In this document: piece by piece, positions 1 to 11,930 of the stretch
Layout of the letters: each line of letters begins with the position of its first letter
Position numbering within the stretch: the first letter of the stretch is position 1
Source: Octopus sinensis
Taxonomy: Eukaryota
Direction: 5' to 3'
Length of the DNA: 64,000 nucleotides
Assembly (NCBI RefSeq): GCF_006345805.1
Contig: NW_021836142.1
Span: forward strand, 124,001 to 188,000
Notes under the pieces: model-generated
Databases searched by the model: none
What the model saw: the letters and a program-made list of their open reading frames with translations, nothing else
What the model was told of the DNA's origin: nothing
Program-made: the position numbers and the translations under genes

Positions 1-850
1 TTTGATTTTGATTCTTGGACTAGTATGTAAATGCAACGATGGATTTGTTTCGCGCTATGCAGATTCCATTCCGTATAGCAAAGCCTCATGCATATATTTT
101 GTTTATATTTCTACATATTTATTAGGAAAAACCTTCGACTTTGTGTTATTATATTGTATAGGCTTACTTTGATTTTAAGTTATAGATGATCCGAAATAGG
201 GGGATACATTTTACATATCTCTCATATAATTTTCATTATTACACTCACCTTTTTTTAAAAGCAATGTTGTCAAAAATTAGAATTGTGTTGTAGGTGTGTG
301 TATGGCCACGGGTATGTGTTCTTGAGAGTGCGTATGTGTGAGTGAGCGTATGTGTGAGTGTATGTGTGAATGAGCGTATGTTTGTGCTTGGACACACACA
401 AACACGAGTGTATGTGTATGTATCCACTGGAACTTGCGTGTTTGTGCACTGGCATCTCTATATATGTGTCAATGTACGAGGTTGCACGGCTTGTATACAT
501 AGTCTTTCTTTTTTTCCTATTCCGTTTTTCTCCTCAACCCTCCTTTTTCTTTTTTCTTTTCTTTTTTTCCTCCCCCTTTTCCTTTTTCTCTCTCTTCATT
601 TCTTTCGTTTTTTTCTCTAACTATACGATACATGTATAAAGTCAGCAGGCAGCTTCACGCTCCCCTCGCTCATTCATGCCCTAAGCTTCGTAAATACGGA
701 AGATACTTAACCTACTATGATTTTAGCTTGCGTGCGAGCTAGATTGCGTATACATATGTATACATGCACCTGCGTGTATATTTTAGCTTTATATTTATAC
801 GTCTGGATATGTATGGGGTTCGCACGCATCTATTCTGTGTATGTTGATAT
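1..850. promoter_or_regulatory. CpG-retaining patch, possible promoter/5' region; consensus donor AG|GTGAGT on - strand with exon ending at 249
   Basis: CpGs are visibly more frequent here than in most non-repeat DNA of the window. TATAAA at 635-640. The reverse complement of 241-250 gives AG|GTGAGTGT. Direction and gene are unknown. Confidence 0.2.
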
Positions 851-1106
851 ACATGTATACTTTAATATGAATATGTATTGCTGTGTTATATTTTTAATAC
901 ATATTTTTAATGCATTTCAATTCCCATGTATTAATTATATTTCCATCATTAAGGTCAATATGTATTTTATTCAATGTAAGGTTTTTCCTCGAATTTTATA
1001 ATTTTGTATATATTTTTTTATAAATTTTTCTATATTTTCTATATTTTTTAATATATTTATTATATATTTTTTTATATATTTTATATTTTTTATATTTTTT
1101 ATATTT

Positions 1107-1139
<33 letters not shown>

Positions 1140-1172
1140 TTTTGAACTCATCTATGTTTATCGCTCGAAAAT

Positions 1173-1276
1173 TGGCCGTTATTTCTAAAGGGCCAATCAA
1201 ACAAGTCCATTTTTTAAAGGTGTATGGCCGTTATTTCTAAAGGGCCAATCGAACAAATCCATTTTTTAAAGGTGTA
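1173..1276 (+). repeat. 52-bp tandem duplication inside an interspersed repeat (~1150-1455)
   Basis: TGGCCGTTATTTCTAAAGGGCCAATC...TTTAAAGGTGTA occurs at 1173 and again at 1225. Confidence 0.9.
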
Positions 1277-1464
1277 GCGTTTGTAATAGTCTGAATAGAA
1301 TTCACATATCGGTTCCATTCTAGCAAAAACTGTCCGACGAACGGCAACGGGAAACTCAGAGTAACAGGTTTTGTTGAATTTTCTGCTGCTTTGAATAAAG
1401 CATATTACTCTACCACTGGTATTTGAGTACTCTTTTTTCCACCTTGTTTCACATTTATGTGTTT

Positions 1465-1470
1465 ACTCCG

Positions 1471-1502
<32 letters not shown>

Positions 1503-1809
1503 ATGTATGTGTGTGTGTATGTATGTGTGTGTGTGTATGTATATATATATATGTGTGTATGTATATATATATATATGTGTGTGTGTGTATGTATATATAT
1601 GTGTGTGTGTGTGTGTGTATGTATATATATATATGTGTGTGTGTGTGTATGTATATATATATGTGTGTGTGTGTGTATGTATATATGTGTGTGTGTGTGT
1701 ATGTATATATATATGTGTGTGTGTGTGTGTATGTATATATATATATGTGTGTGTGTGTATGTATATATATATATGTGTGTGTGTGTGTATATATATATGT
1801 GTGTGTGTG

Positions 1810-1840
<31 letters not shown>

Positions 1841-1925
1841 ATGTATATATATACACACACACACATATATATGTATATACATGTATGTATTTATGTGTAT
1901 GTATATATATATATATAGAGAGAGA
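1465..1925. repeat. Compound (TG)n/(TA)n microsatellite
   Basis: Visible directly; explains the overlapping C/V/Y/I and H/T ORFs. Confidence 0.95.
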
Positions 1926-2190
1926 GAGGGCACTAAAGTGATCGAGGGTTCTAATTAGTACCAGTATTGCTAGAAATAAGAGTCAACGCAACTCAAAAGT
2001 CACAAAGCACTATCTTAATGACTGACAAGAGGAGGTAAGCATCCAGCGGATATAGGCAAATTGCCTCAGGTTAAACTCAACTTCCTTTGTCAGTCATTAA
2101 GATAGTGCTTTGTGGCTTTTGAGTTGTTTTGACTCTTATTTCTAGCAATACTGGTACTAATTAGTACCCTCTGTCATTTTAGTGACCTCT
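1925..2190. mobile_element. Fold-back MITE, ~110-bp inverted arms with ~46-bp spacer
   Basis: 1925-2034 is the reverse complement of 2081-2190 with few mismatches (e.g. CTAATTAGTACCAGTATTGCTAGAAATAAGAGTCAA). Confidence 0.85.
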
Positions 2191-3773
2191 GTTAATTTGC
2201 TTTTAGGTTGTTAAATCACTAATGAGCCACCCATATTATTTGTTTTATACACACACAAACACACTTATATAATAAATTACAAGCTGAAGATAGGTCTACT
2301 ACATCATCATCACAGTGGACTTAGACTGATAATAATAAGAACAACAACACCAACACAAATATCAGTTACAATAACCTCACAAACAAAATGTCTGGAAGAC
2401 ATTTTCAGGAACAGAAAATTATTCTCTTATAAAAACAGAAATCTGTTACTTTTGTCTTTGTTTACCAATATTTTATTTAGAAATACTTCCTTCTTTTAAA
2501 AAGCTTCAGTCTATATAGATGGAAATATTGTGAAGTATATATGCCACTTAAATGTGGCTAACCACTAAGGGTGGATGCTACTGTAGCTTGTAGCCCCAGG
2601 AGAACATCTTCTCCAGCTGGCTATTAACACACTTTCTGTGCCCTATAAGTATTTACAAAGGGAAGCCATCCTTCCCATCGTCGACCTGACGTGATACGTA
2701 CGTATGGACCCGGGTTTCTGTGTATTTACCCATCATTGGGTAAATACCCAGAATACCCAGTAAATACCCAGGTATTTATACCTCGTTAAGAGATTTATCA
2801 TTGATGGAAATATCATTTTCTGAAAATATTAACCAACATATACCTTCATGAAAAGTTCATACACAAAAAAAAAAAACACACACAAATAAAAAACTTAAAT
2901 CCCTTGTTTCAGAATTATTATAAGTAACATGCCCATTTAGTCATTTTATTGATACGGGGTCCTTACATATCATGGAAGAATCAACTAAAATTTTGATTAG
3001 CTGAATAACACTACAAACCAGATCCCGATCTGCTAAATATGATTTTTCTTCTAGTTCAAAGTCTGTTTTGGCTGCAACATGCACATAAAGATTTATACCC
3101 TACAATGTTTTTTAAACAAAAAACCTGAAGTAACAAGCAATCCTTTTTCCCCACCTCTCTCCCTTTCGCATATGTATGTCAAACTTGTGAATACATGTAC
3201 CCAATATATTTTCAGTAAAACTATTATATGGAAACACTTATGTGAAAATGCATTTGTGTGTGCTGTGAAAACCTGCAATGAAAAACCCATGGGTGCAGTT
3301 AAGAGGGGAATTCATCTTGAGTTACGTCCCTTGCAGAAAGGTCAGATTTTCTTCAAGGTGTGAAGGGTAACTGCTTGCAAAGTGGGATTGCAGCTTGGAT
3401 GCAGTTGGTATGGGGTTGATGTATGTACAGGGGAGGGGGAGAAAGAAAGGATGAGCTGGATTCTTTGATTTACTTCTCAGCCATTTTACATACTCCAAAA
3501 AGAAAGACTTCCCAATATTTAAAAATTACCAGAATCTCCTTTTCTATATATCATATAAAGATTAAAATGTGCTTTGTATAATGTATATTGTTTATTCAAA
3601 ACTGTACATAAGTCATTGAAGAAAAATACAAATGGCAAAACTAGAAAATGTAAACAAGATTCGGTTTCATTCTGTTATAATTTTACAATCAATGAAAAAA
3701 TAATACAATGTTAAACCACATGCAAACATATTTGAAAAATAGATTTATACATGAAAGCATATTTATAAATAGA

Positions 3774-4157
3774 CTAGCAGTATCGCCCGGCGTTGCTCAG
3801 GTTTGTAAGGGAAATAACTATAAAGCATTTTTAGAGAGTTATAGCCAAAAAATAGCAAAAAATGGAAAAAAATTATGGTAAATTTTTTTTTGATAGTTAA
3901 AAAAGGTGGAGTTGCGTCCCCTACACAGTTTGTGGTTTGAGTTCCTGATTCTCGACCCCATGTCGAATTTATCGATTTTTTTCAGAACTGGGGGAACTTT
4001 TCAAAATTTTTGCTGCGTTAGTTTTGAATTATGACATTGGGCTATGTGTGTGTCAAGTTTCATCAGAATCAGTTGAAAGCCGTGGTCAGGGTGAGGGTAC
4101 AAGCAAACAGACACACAGAAACACGCACAGACAAACTGCCGTTTATATAGAGAGAGA
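3774..4157 (-). mobile_element. Non-autonomous Helitron
   Basis: The minus strand starts A|TCTCTCTCTATATAAA and ends with hairpin CCTGAGCAACGCCGGG then CTAG|T. TC...CTAG termini in an AT target are the Helitron hallmark. Confidence 0.75.
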
Positions 4158-4350
4158 TTTATAAAAGTATAGTTCATATATATAGTTCTTTTATTAGCTT
4201 CGATTTTTCATTTTTAGCACTTTTTCAACTTCTATTCTTTAGCACTTTTATTTGGCAACACTAAAAGGCAGTGATAGCATCCATTGGGGCCAAATAAATG
4301 TATCAAATATATTTCGACAAGGATTTGCCTTATTTATGCATACTTTTCAG

Positions 4351-4398
4351 TTACTGCCTTTTAATAATTTTGAAGTTAGAAATGAATTCACGATGAAA
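4351..4398 (+). CDS. Candidate 48-nt internal exon (LLPFNNFEVRNEFTMK)
   Basis: ATACTTTTCAG acceptor, open phase-0 frame, AAA|GTAATT donor. No family recognised. Confidence 0.25.
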
Positions 4399-4469
4399 GT
4401 AATTGATTAGGCTTCCTATGGAAGTTTCCCACTTCCAACAGAGGATGAAAGAAAGCTCCTAAGAATTGT

Positions 4470-4725
4470 GTGGAAGTGCATGGCTTAGTGGTTAGGGTGT
4501 TGGACTCATGATCATAAGTTTGTGATTTTGATTCGTGTATCAGGTGATGTTGTGTTTCTAAGCAAAATACTTCATTCCACTGACGTTCCAGTCCACACAG
4601 CTGGCAAAAATGAGTAACCCTGCGATGGCCCTGCGTGCTGTCCAGGTGAGGTATTTTTGTGCCATGGAAACTGGGAAACCAGCCCTTATGAATTGGCATG
4701 ACTTGAAAAAGTAACTTTACCTTCT
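4470..4725 (+). mobile_element. tRNA-derived SINE, degenerate
   Basis: A-box TGGCTTAGTGG. The 3' part resembles the tail of 4742-5050. Confidence 0.65.
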
Positions 4726-4741
4726 ACCTTGGAATTGCTAT

Positions 4742-5050
4742 GTGGAGGCACATGGCCTAGTGGTTAGTGCAGTGGACTCGTGGTCAAAGGATCGCGGGTT
4801 CGAATCTCAGACCGGGCAATGTGTGTGTTTATGAGCGAAACACCTAAGCTCCACGCAGCTCTGGCAGAAGGTAATGGCAAAACTTCTGCTGACTCTTTTG
4901 CCACAACTTTCTCTCAGCCTTCCCTCCTGCATCTTGCAGCTCACCTGCAACAGACCGGCGTCCCGTCCACGTGGGGAACCTATATGCCAAGGAAACCGGG
5001 AAACTGGCCCTAATGAGCTAGGTGTGGCTTGAGAAGGAACAACCAACAAC
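4742..5050 (+). mobile_element. tRNA-derived SINE (family D')
   Basis: A-box TGGCCTAGTGG, B-box GGGTTCGAATCTC. Near-identical copy at 41207-41510. Confidence 0.85.
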
Positions 5051-5229
5051 CTTGGAATTGTTGAAAATTTCAGCTGTGCCTGACTCAGTAGTATGGTAAA
5101 TTTTGCTTTTCAACCCTCCAGGGTTGATAAATTGCCTATCAAATATTGAGGTTGATATAACTGACTGTCCCTTCCAAATTTCTGAATTTGTACCTATGTC
5201 AGAAATTATTTATTAGCCCAAGAAGTGTG

Positions 5230-5570
5230 ATGGATTGGCAAAATTGTTAGACCAGCTGACAAAATAGTTTGCAATATTTACCATGTCTCTTTATATTCTG
5301 AGTTCACATTCTGCCAAAGTCAATTTTACTTATCTTTCTAGGGTCGACACAATAAAGTAGCAGTCAAGTACAAGGGGTGATATTAGTAACAGTTCCAGTA
5401 GACAACAAGTTGGCAGAATTGTTATGATGCCAGAAAAAAATGCTTAATGGCATTTCATCAGAATTTACATTCCAAGTTCAAATGCCACCAGGGTCAACCT
5501 CGCCTTTCATCTTATCGAGGTCAATAAAATAAGTACCAATTGAACATTGGGGTTGATGTAATTGACATAT
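5230..5570 (+). mobile_element. Two degenerate family B SINE copies
   Basis: Each carries the family B core GCCTTTCATC...GGTCGA/AATAAAATAAGTACCA. Confidence 0.65.
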
Positions 5571-5574
5571 CTCA

Positions 5575-5840
5575 TCATCATCATCATCATTTAATGTCCA
5601 TTGTCCATGCTGGTATGGGTTTGACTGGGCTGGCACACAGGAAGGCTGCACCAGATTCCAGTCTGATTTGGTATGGTTTTCTACGGCTGGATGCCCTTCC
5701 TAACACCAACCATTCTGAGAGTGTAATGGGTGCTTTTACGTGCCACCAGCATGGGTGCCATTTGCATGACATCGGGGTGTGTTTACATGCCACTGGCACA
5801 GGTGCCAATTTGCATGACACTGGTATCTTACACGACTGAT
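5575..5840 (-). mobile_element. Family C SINE-like repeat with (GAT)n tail
   Basis: Reverse complement of the GGTTGGCGTTAGGAAGGGCATCCAGC module; ends in (CAT)n on +. Confidence 0.75.
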
Positions 5841-5844
5841 TTTG

Positions 5845-5968
5845 CTCACCTTGATGGGTTGTCTTCTCAATGCTTGGCTTGATGGGTCATCTCAATGCTC
5901 GGCCTGATAAGTCTTCTCAATGTTCAGCTTGATGGGTCTTCTTCTCAATGCTCAGCTTGATAAGTCTT
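5845..5968 (+). repeat. 25-28-bp minisatellite, ~4.7 units
   Basis: Units CTYRGCTTGATRRGTCTTCTCAATG at 5845, 5873, 5898, 5923 and 5951. Confidence 0.8.
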
Positions 5969-6022
5969 ACTCCCTCAAAATTCCAGGCCTTGTGCCAAAA
6001 TTTGAAACCAATATTACTTTGA

Positions 6023-6242
6023 CCCTTTAGTGTTCACATTACTCTGTTAAATGTATTCCTTATCTATTTCATTGTTTTTGAATTGCTCATGCATTATCTC
6101 ATGGCTTCAAGATTTTGATGATGTGGTAGTTTCTTTTTAAACTGATATTGTAGAATAAGTGTGAGAAGCCAAATCTGGTCTGCTTGAACATAAAGCAGGT
6201 AGACTATTTTGGTCTGATATGACAGGTTTAAATGCTAAAGGG
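6023..6242. mobile_element. piggyBac-type MITE
   Basis: Ends CCCTTTAG...CTAAAGGG, flanked by TTGA/TTAA. A related fragment lies at ~25880-26035. Confidence 0.7.
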
Positions 6243-6246
6243 TTAA

Positions 6247-6680
6247 GGTGGTGAGCTGGCAGAATCATTAAGTGTGTGTGTATATGTTTGTGTGTTTGTG
6301 TTTGTCCCCCTAGCATTGCTTGACAACTGATGCTGGTGTGTTTACGTCCCCGTCACTTAGCGGTTCAGCAAAAGAGACCAATAGAATAAGTACTGGGCTT
6401 CCAAAGAATAAGTCCCGGGGTCGATTTGCTCGATTAAAGGCGGTGCTCCAGCATGGCTGCAGTCAAATGACTGAAACAAGTAAAAGAGTATGCCAGACAA
6501 AAATGCTTAGTGGTATTTTGTCTGTTTTTACATTCTGAGTTCAAATTCCATCAAGGAAAACTTGGCCTTTCATCCTTTAAAGACTGATAAAATAAGTATC
6601 AATCGAACACTAGGGTCAACGTAATCGATTTTACCCCTCCCCCCAAACCTTCTGGCCTTTTGCCAAAATTTTAAACTAGT
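6247..6680 (+). mobile_element. Family B SINE interrupted by the 3' half of a family A SINE (~6271-6489)
   Basis: B head GGTGAGCTGGCAGAATC, then the A 3' half, then the B body resumes at 6490. Confidence 0.7.
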
Positions 6681-6976
6681 TTTAATGACAGCTCCCTCGA
6701 CTCAGTTGTGGCTAAGATGGACATTATTTGCCTTTAGATAAACCCTAATCAAGTTGATGCATAAGACATTCTAGCCAGATACTTTGTATTAAGGAATATA
6801 TTGTTCAACATGTCCTTCTTTTCTGATTTGAAAGAACGTCCACATAGAGATACTCTCATTTTGCTATTGTTTAGTGAAGTAGAAAAACCATGCATTCACC
6901 TCAATATTTAGGTAAAAATGTTAATAGATTTTCTGCAACAGTTTCCCAAATCTAGATTGAACTCTATCTCTTTTTC

Positions 6977-7369
6977 TCTTTTTACTTGTTTCAGTCGTTT
7001 TGACAGTGGCCATGCTGGAGCACCGCCTTTAATCGAGCAACTCGACCCTGGGACTTATTCTTTGTAAGCCCAGTACTTATTCTATCGGTCTCTTTTGCCG
7101 AACCGCTAAGTGACGGGGACGTAAACACACCAGCATCGGTTGTCAAGCAATGCTAGGGGAACAAACACAGACACACAAACACACACGCACATACATATAT
7201 ATACGACGGGCTTCTTTCAGTTTCCGTCTACCAAATCCACTCACAAGGCTTTGGTCGGCCCGAGGCTATAGTAGAAGACACTTGCCCAAGGTGCCACGCA
7301 GTGGGACTGAACCCGGAACCATGTGGTTGGTAAACAAGCTACTTACCACACAGCCACTCCTGCGCCTAT
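6977..7369 (-). mobile_element. Full-length family A SINE (tRNA head, CORE-like segment, internal microsatellite)
   Basis: Reverse complement of GGAGTGGCTGTGTGGTAAG...GCACCTTGGGCAAGTGTC...GACTGAAACAAGTAAAAAGAG; many copies in the window. Confidence 0.9.
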
Positions 7370-7711
7370 CTCCACATTGTTTATCCCAATACCTCATGCA
7401 TTGTAGTAACATTGCATTCAGCTTTATCTACTCTCTCAAGTGCTTCCATCCTGTCTATAAACTAATCATCAATCACTTAGGCTACACCAAATATTGTATA
7501 CTACATATTTATGTACAGCATGACTTGCTGAGTATATGATTAACTAGAATCCTATTAAATCTCAGGCTTTCAGTGTAACTGACTTTGCACCAAAGGCAGA
7601 GGTCTGATATCTATGTGATTAGAATATCTGATTCATGGTTTATGTATTGTTGATGTATGCATCTACAGCAAGAGTTGCAATTTGTCTTTGTAAACTAATA
7701 ATTTATTGTAG

Positions 7712-7759
7712 TTGCATCCCTTCAGCTGGGTCCCTGATTGGGCAAGTATTGTTAAAAAC
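7712..7759 (+). CDS. Candidate 48-nt internal exon (LHPFSWVPDWASIVKN)
   Basis: Branch-like ACTAAT, TTTATTGTAG acceptor, open phase-0 frame, AAC|GTATGA donor. No family recognised. Confidence 0.3.
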
Positions 7760-7991
7760 GTATGACTACACCTTCATTTTACAAATACCATCATTAACTA
7801 CCATATATCAACCATAGAGTATTCAAGGAACAAGTCAATTAACTAACAAGCCATCTTCATATGAAATATTTTCTGATTATTTTGTCATCTCTGTGTTAGC
7901 GATGTTTTAATTTTTATATGTATCCAGTCATCCACTTCATTTTTATATTACAAATCTTTGTTTGTTTCGTTCCATAATCCTTATTAAAGAT

Positions 7992-8076
7992 TCAGTGGTT
8001 CTTAGTGCTGCTTTCTTCATCCTCATTATCAGAGACATGTTTTATCTTTTGATGTCCTTTTGTTTCCTCTTGCATC
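7992..8076 (-). CDS. Candidate terminal exon (xMQEETKGHQKIKHVSDNEDEESSTKNH*)
   Basis: CTACAG acceptor, purine-rich charged codons, TGA at 7994-7992. Short enough to arise by chance. Confidence 0.25.
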
Positions 8077-8099
8077 CTGTAGACTTTTACATAAAGGAA

Positions 8100-8245
8100 A
8101 ACATCATCATCATTACTGCCATCGCTGCCGCTGCCATCACTTCCACAATCAGCAACAACAACAACAACATTACCACCACCACCACCACCATCACCACTAC
8201 CATCACCACCACCGTCACCACTACCACCCTCATCATCGCTATCAT
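8100..8245. repeat. Mixed (CAT)/(CAA)/(CAC) trinucleotide repeat
   Basis: Visible directly; source of the poly-T/H/Q ORFs. Confidence 0.85.
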
Positions 8246-9239
8246 CGTTCTTATTTTATGTACAGTTTTCCGCTGACATGGGCTGGTTGGGGCAGCGAGG
8301 ATTAATTCAAAACAGCAAACCCATATGGTGATTCTACTTACTAGAAATATCACCCAAAATCTCTCTCTCAGACCATGTTCTACTATCTTAAAAACAGAGA
8401 CATTGGATAATATATTTCAAGATAGATATTACCAGGAAAAGAGAATACTGGGAAATGTATAAATATATATCTATATACCACTGACAACAGAAAGGTTAAT
8501 AAGCTATAGAAAATTTGTGATGATGATGATAATGATGATGATGATGTCAATGATGACTAAAAAAATATTTGCCAGATCAGACTGGAGCCTGGCACAGCCT
8601 CCTGGCTCCCCAGACCCCAGTCGAACCGTCCAGCCCATGCTAGCATGGAAAACGGAATGTTTAACGATGATGATGATGATGATCCCAAGATTAAATTGAA
8701 AAATTACAGATTAGCCTTGTGACATCTCTAATCAAGCAGAACTATGTTCAAAAGTGTTTCATATAAAGTTCCATTTCTTTTTAGAGCTATATTATCCAAC
8801 ATGCTGTTCTTTCTTTCATAATAAGGTGTTTTTTAAAGAGAGATTTGATTGCTATTTCTTTCAGGTTAAGTGACTGGGTATTGATCCTAAGCATCCTTGT
8901 TTTCTCGACAGAATACACAGTCGGTTTCAGTAATTTCCTGTTTGATTCTTTATGTCAGTAGTATACAAGTTCTCTTATTTCGGGGCTAAAATTATGGCCG
9001 TGATTACAGAGGATGAAGAGCACAGGTGACTAATGTCTTGTTTTCTTACAGATAAGCAAAACAGAGACTACTGCCACTAGTATTCCAAGCAGTATGCACA
9101 ACATGATTGAGTTGACAAAAGGCAATAAGAACAAATAATTCTAACATGTCTTTTAAGAATGTGATTTAAATATATTCAGATTCTATACGTCAAGGTTATT
9201 TTCAAAAGTCTAAGCACTTTCTCAAATTCTTCGGTTATC

Positions 9240-9520
9240 ATTTGATGCTGCCAGTGCCACTGGACTGGCTCCTGTGCAGGTGGCACATAAAAAGCACCAT
9301 TTGAGCATGGCCGTTGCCAGTGCCACCAGACTGGCCCCCAATGCCGGTGGCACATAAAAGCACTCACTACACTCTTGGAGTGGTTGGCATCCGGCTGTAG
9401 AAACTCTGCCAGATTAGATTGGAGCCTGATGCAGCCATCTGTTTCACCAGACTTCAGTCAAATCGTCCAACCCATGCTAGCAGGGAAAGCAGACGTTAAA
9501 CAATGATGATGATGATGATA
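9240..9520 (+). mobile_element. Family C SINE-like repeat, 2 internal ~66-bp units
   Basis: TAAAAAGCAC motifs at 9288 and 9355, the RTE-like module, and a (GAT)n tail. Confidence 0.8.
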
Positions 9521-9768
9521 AGTAATCAAACCTATGTTTTAATAAGTATGTATTTAGATTTTCCAGGCCTTGTTGATAAACCACAGAACATTTGATAACT
9601 GAGAACAAGAAACAAACTGAGTCACAATTTTTATTAAAGTTACATCAATAATCACTTATTTTCAAAAAGTTTAAGCTTAGCCTCTGTCTCTAATTCATTG
9701 TACCTTAGTTATCATTCGATGGATAAGTAGATATAAACAAACCCACCATATGTTTTAACAAATATGTT

Positions 9769-9937
9769 ATAGGAGTGGCTGTGTGGTAAGTAGCTTGCTT
9801 ACGAACCACATGGTTCCAAGTTCAGTCCCACTGCGTAGCAACTTGGTCAAGTGTCTTCTACTATGGCCTCAGACTGACCAAAGCCTTGTGAGTGGATTTG
9901 GTAGACAGAAACTGAAAGAAGCCCATTGTATGTATAT

Positions 9938-9982
<45 letters not shown>

Positions 9983-10209
9983 GAGTGTATATGTTTGTGT
10001 GTCTGTGTTTGTACCCCCCTCCCCAACATCACTTGACAAGTGATGCTGGTGTGTTTATGTCCCCGTAACTTAATGGTTCAGCAAAAGATACCGATAGAAT
10101 AAGTACTAGGTTTACAAAGAAGAAGTTGTGGGGTCAATTTGCTCGACTACAGGCGGTGCTCCAGCATGGCCACAGTCAAATGACTGAAACAAGTAAAAGA
10201 GTAAAAGAG
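9769..10209 (+). mobile_element. Full-length family A SINE
   Basis: Same consensus as 6977-7369 in the opposite orientation; internal (TA)n. Confidence 0.9.
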
Positions 10210-10814
10210 AGTTACCAAGCCTTGTGGTTAAGCCACAAAACTTCTGATAGCAAACAGTAAGACACAAACTGATTAGTTTTGAGTCCCATTAAAATTACAT
10301 CAGGGATCACTCTCTTCTGCAGTTTGGAAGGTATCATTAATCAATCCGTGATGAATTTTTATCAAAAGACAAAAGTAATTGCTTTAAGCCTTGTTCCATA
10401 TTACCAAATCCTTTGTGATATCACCACTGGCATTAATTTTGCAGTGAAATATATCTTAAACTATCGGTACATATTAGTCTGTAACTCCCACTGTTCTAGT
10501 ACTTTGGTTATCTTTCATGGAGGCTAAGAAGTTTGTGAAGTTGTATTGATACGCTTATAAATGATTCTAGGAGATTGAGACATTAATTGATAAATAGTCT
10601 ATTAGTGACAACATTGCAGATTTAAGTTAACAATAAACTTAGAAACGTATTATTCACTTTCAATTCATGTATTAGTGGAAGTATATCTTATATTTATACA
10701 TTCGGTAAAAATGATTATCGGTTAGAATCCAGTCACAAATAATGTTAGAATTCAGATCACTACTACTACTACTACTATGACGACGACAACTTCTACTACT
10801 ACTCTGAATAATCT

Positions 10815-11575
10815 TTTCTTCTCTAGGTATAAGGCCCAAAAGTTTGGGGGATTGGGGGTGGAGGGGCAGTCGACTAGATTGACCTCAGTATGCAACTGAT
10901 ACTTAATTTATCGACCCCAAGAGGATGAAAGGCAAAGTCAACCTCAGCAGAATTTGAACTCAGAATGTTAGGACAGACAAAATACTACTAAACTACTATG
11001 AATAATAATGATAAACCTTTCTACTATAGACACAAAGCCTGAAATGTTGCCAAACGACCTGCACAAATGATCTGTTTATAGTGATCAAATGATCTGTTTA
11101 TAGTGATCAAATGCATTAGCTCACTCACTCCACCAAATCGATGTTGTCTGATCAGGTGCAAAGCGATTGCAGAGCAATGTGAGATGAAGTGTTTTGCGCA
11201 AGAACACAACACACCACCCGGTCTAGGATTTGAAACCATGATCTCTCGATTGTGAGTGCAACACCCTAACCACTAGGCCATGTGTCTTCACAGTAGTAAT
11301 CATAATAATAATCATAATAATAATAATAATAATGATAATAATAATTAGGCCAGATATATGTTTCTTTATTACCCACAAGGGGCTAAACATAGAGGAGACA
11401 AACAAACAAATTAAGTCGATTACATCGACCCCTGTGCGTAACTGGTACTTAATTTATCGACCCTGAAAGGATGAAAGGCAAAGTCGACCTCGGTGGAATT
11501 TGAACTCAGAACGTAGTGGCAGACGAAATACGGCTACGCATTTCGCCCTGTGTGCTTACAGTTCTGCCAGATATA
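10815..11575 (-). mobile_element. Cluster of minus-strand SINEs: B (~10815-10990), another tRNA-SINE (~11020-11290), B (~11365-11575)
   Basis: Reverse complement of the B core and of the A-box TGGCCTAGTGG; separated by (TAA)n; 22-bp tandem duplication at 11064-11113. Confidence 0.75.
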
Positions 11576-11577
11576 GT

Positions 11578-11930
11578 TGTCAGAGATCCTGAAGGGAAGA
11601 AAAAAAATACTTTCTAATTGATGTATCAATACCAGCAGATGACAACATGTCTCTAAAAGAAATGGAGAAACTTTCAAAATACAAAGACCTGAAAATAGAG
11701 ATAACTCGAATGTAGGATCTAAAAACAGAAACAATTCCTATCATAGTAGGTGCATTAGGCATGATAAAAAAAAATATTCAGACAAATACATAACAAAAAC
11801 ACCAGGACTTAAAAATATATATAACATACAGAAAATTGCACTACTGGGCACTGCACACATCCTACGCAAAACACTTTCAATACAGTAACCATAAGAGCAT
11901 CACAGCAAATCACAGCACATACACAGAGCT
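11578..11930 (+). mobile_element. 3' fragment of an R4/Dong-type non-LTR retrotransposon (restriction-like endonuclease domain), pseudogenised
   Basis: Translation FLIDVSIPADDNMSLKEMEKLSKYKDLKIEITRM*...IPIIVGALG...IQKIALLGTAHILRK matches the RLE C-terminus pattern; contains a stop and a frameshift. Confidence 0.8.

Noticed and set aside
4742-4825. tRNA-like sequences with A and B boxes (also 26129, 41207 and the family A/B heads)
   Set aside because: They lack a complete cloverleaf and run directly into SINE bodies, so they are SINE heads, not tRNA genes.
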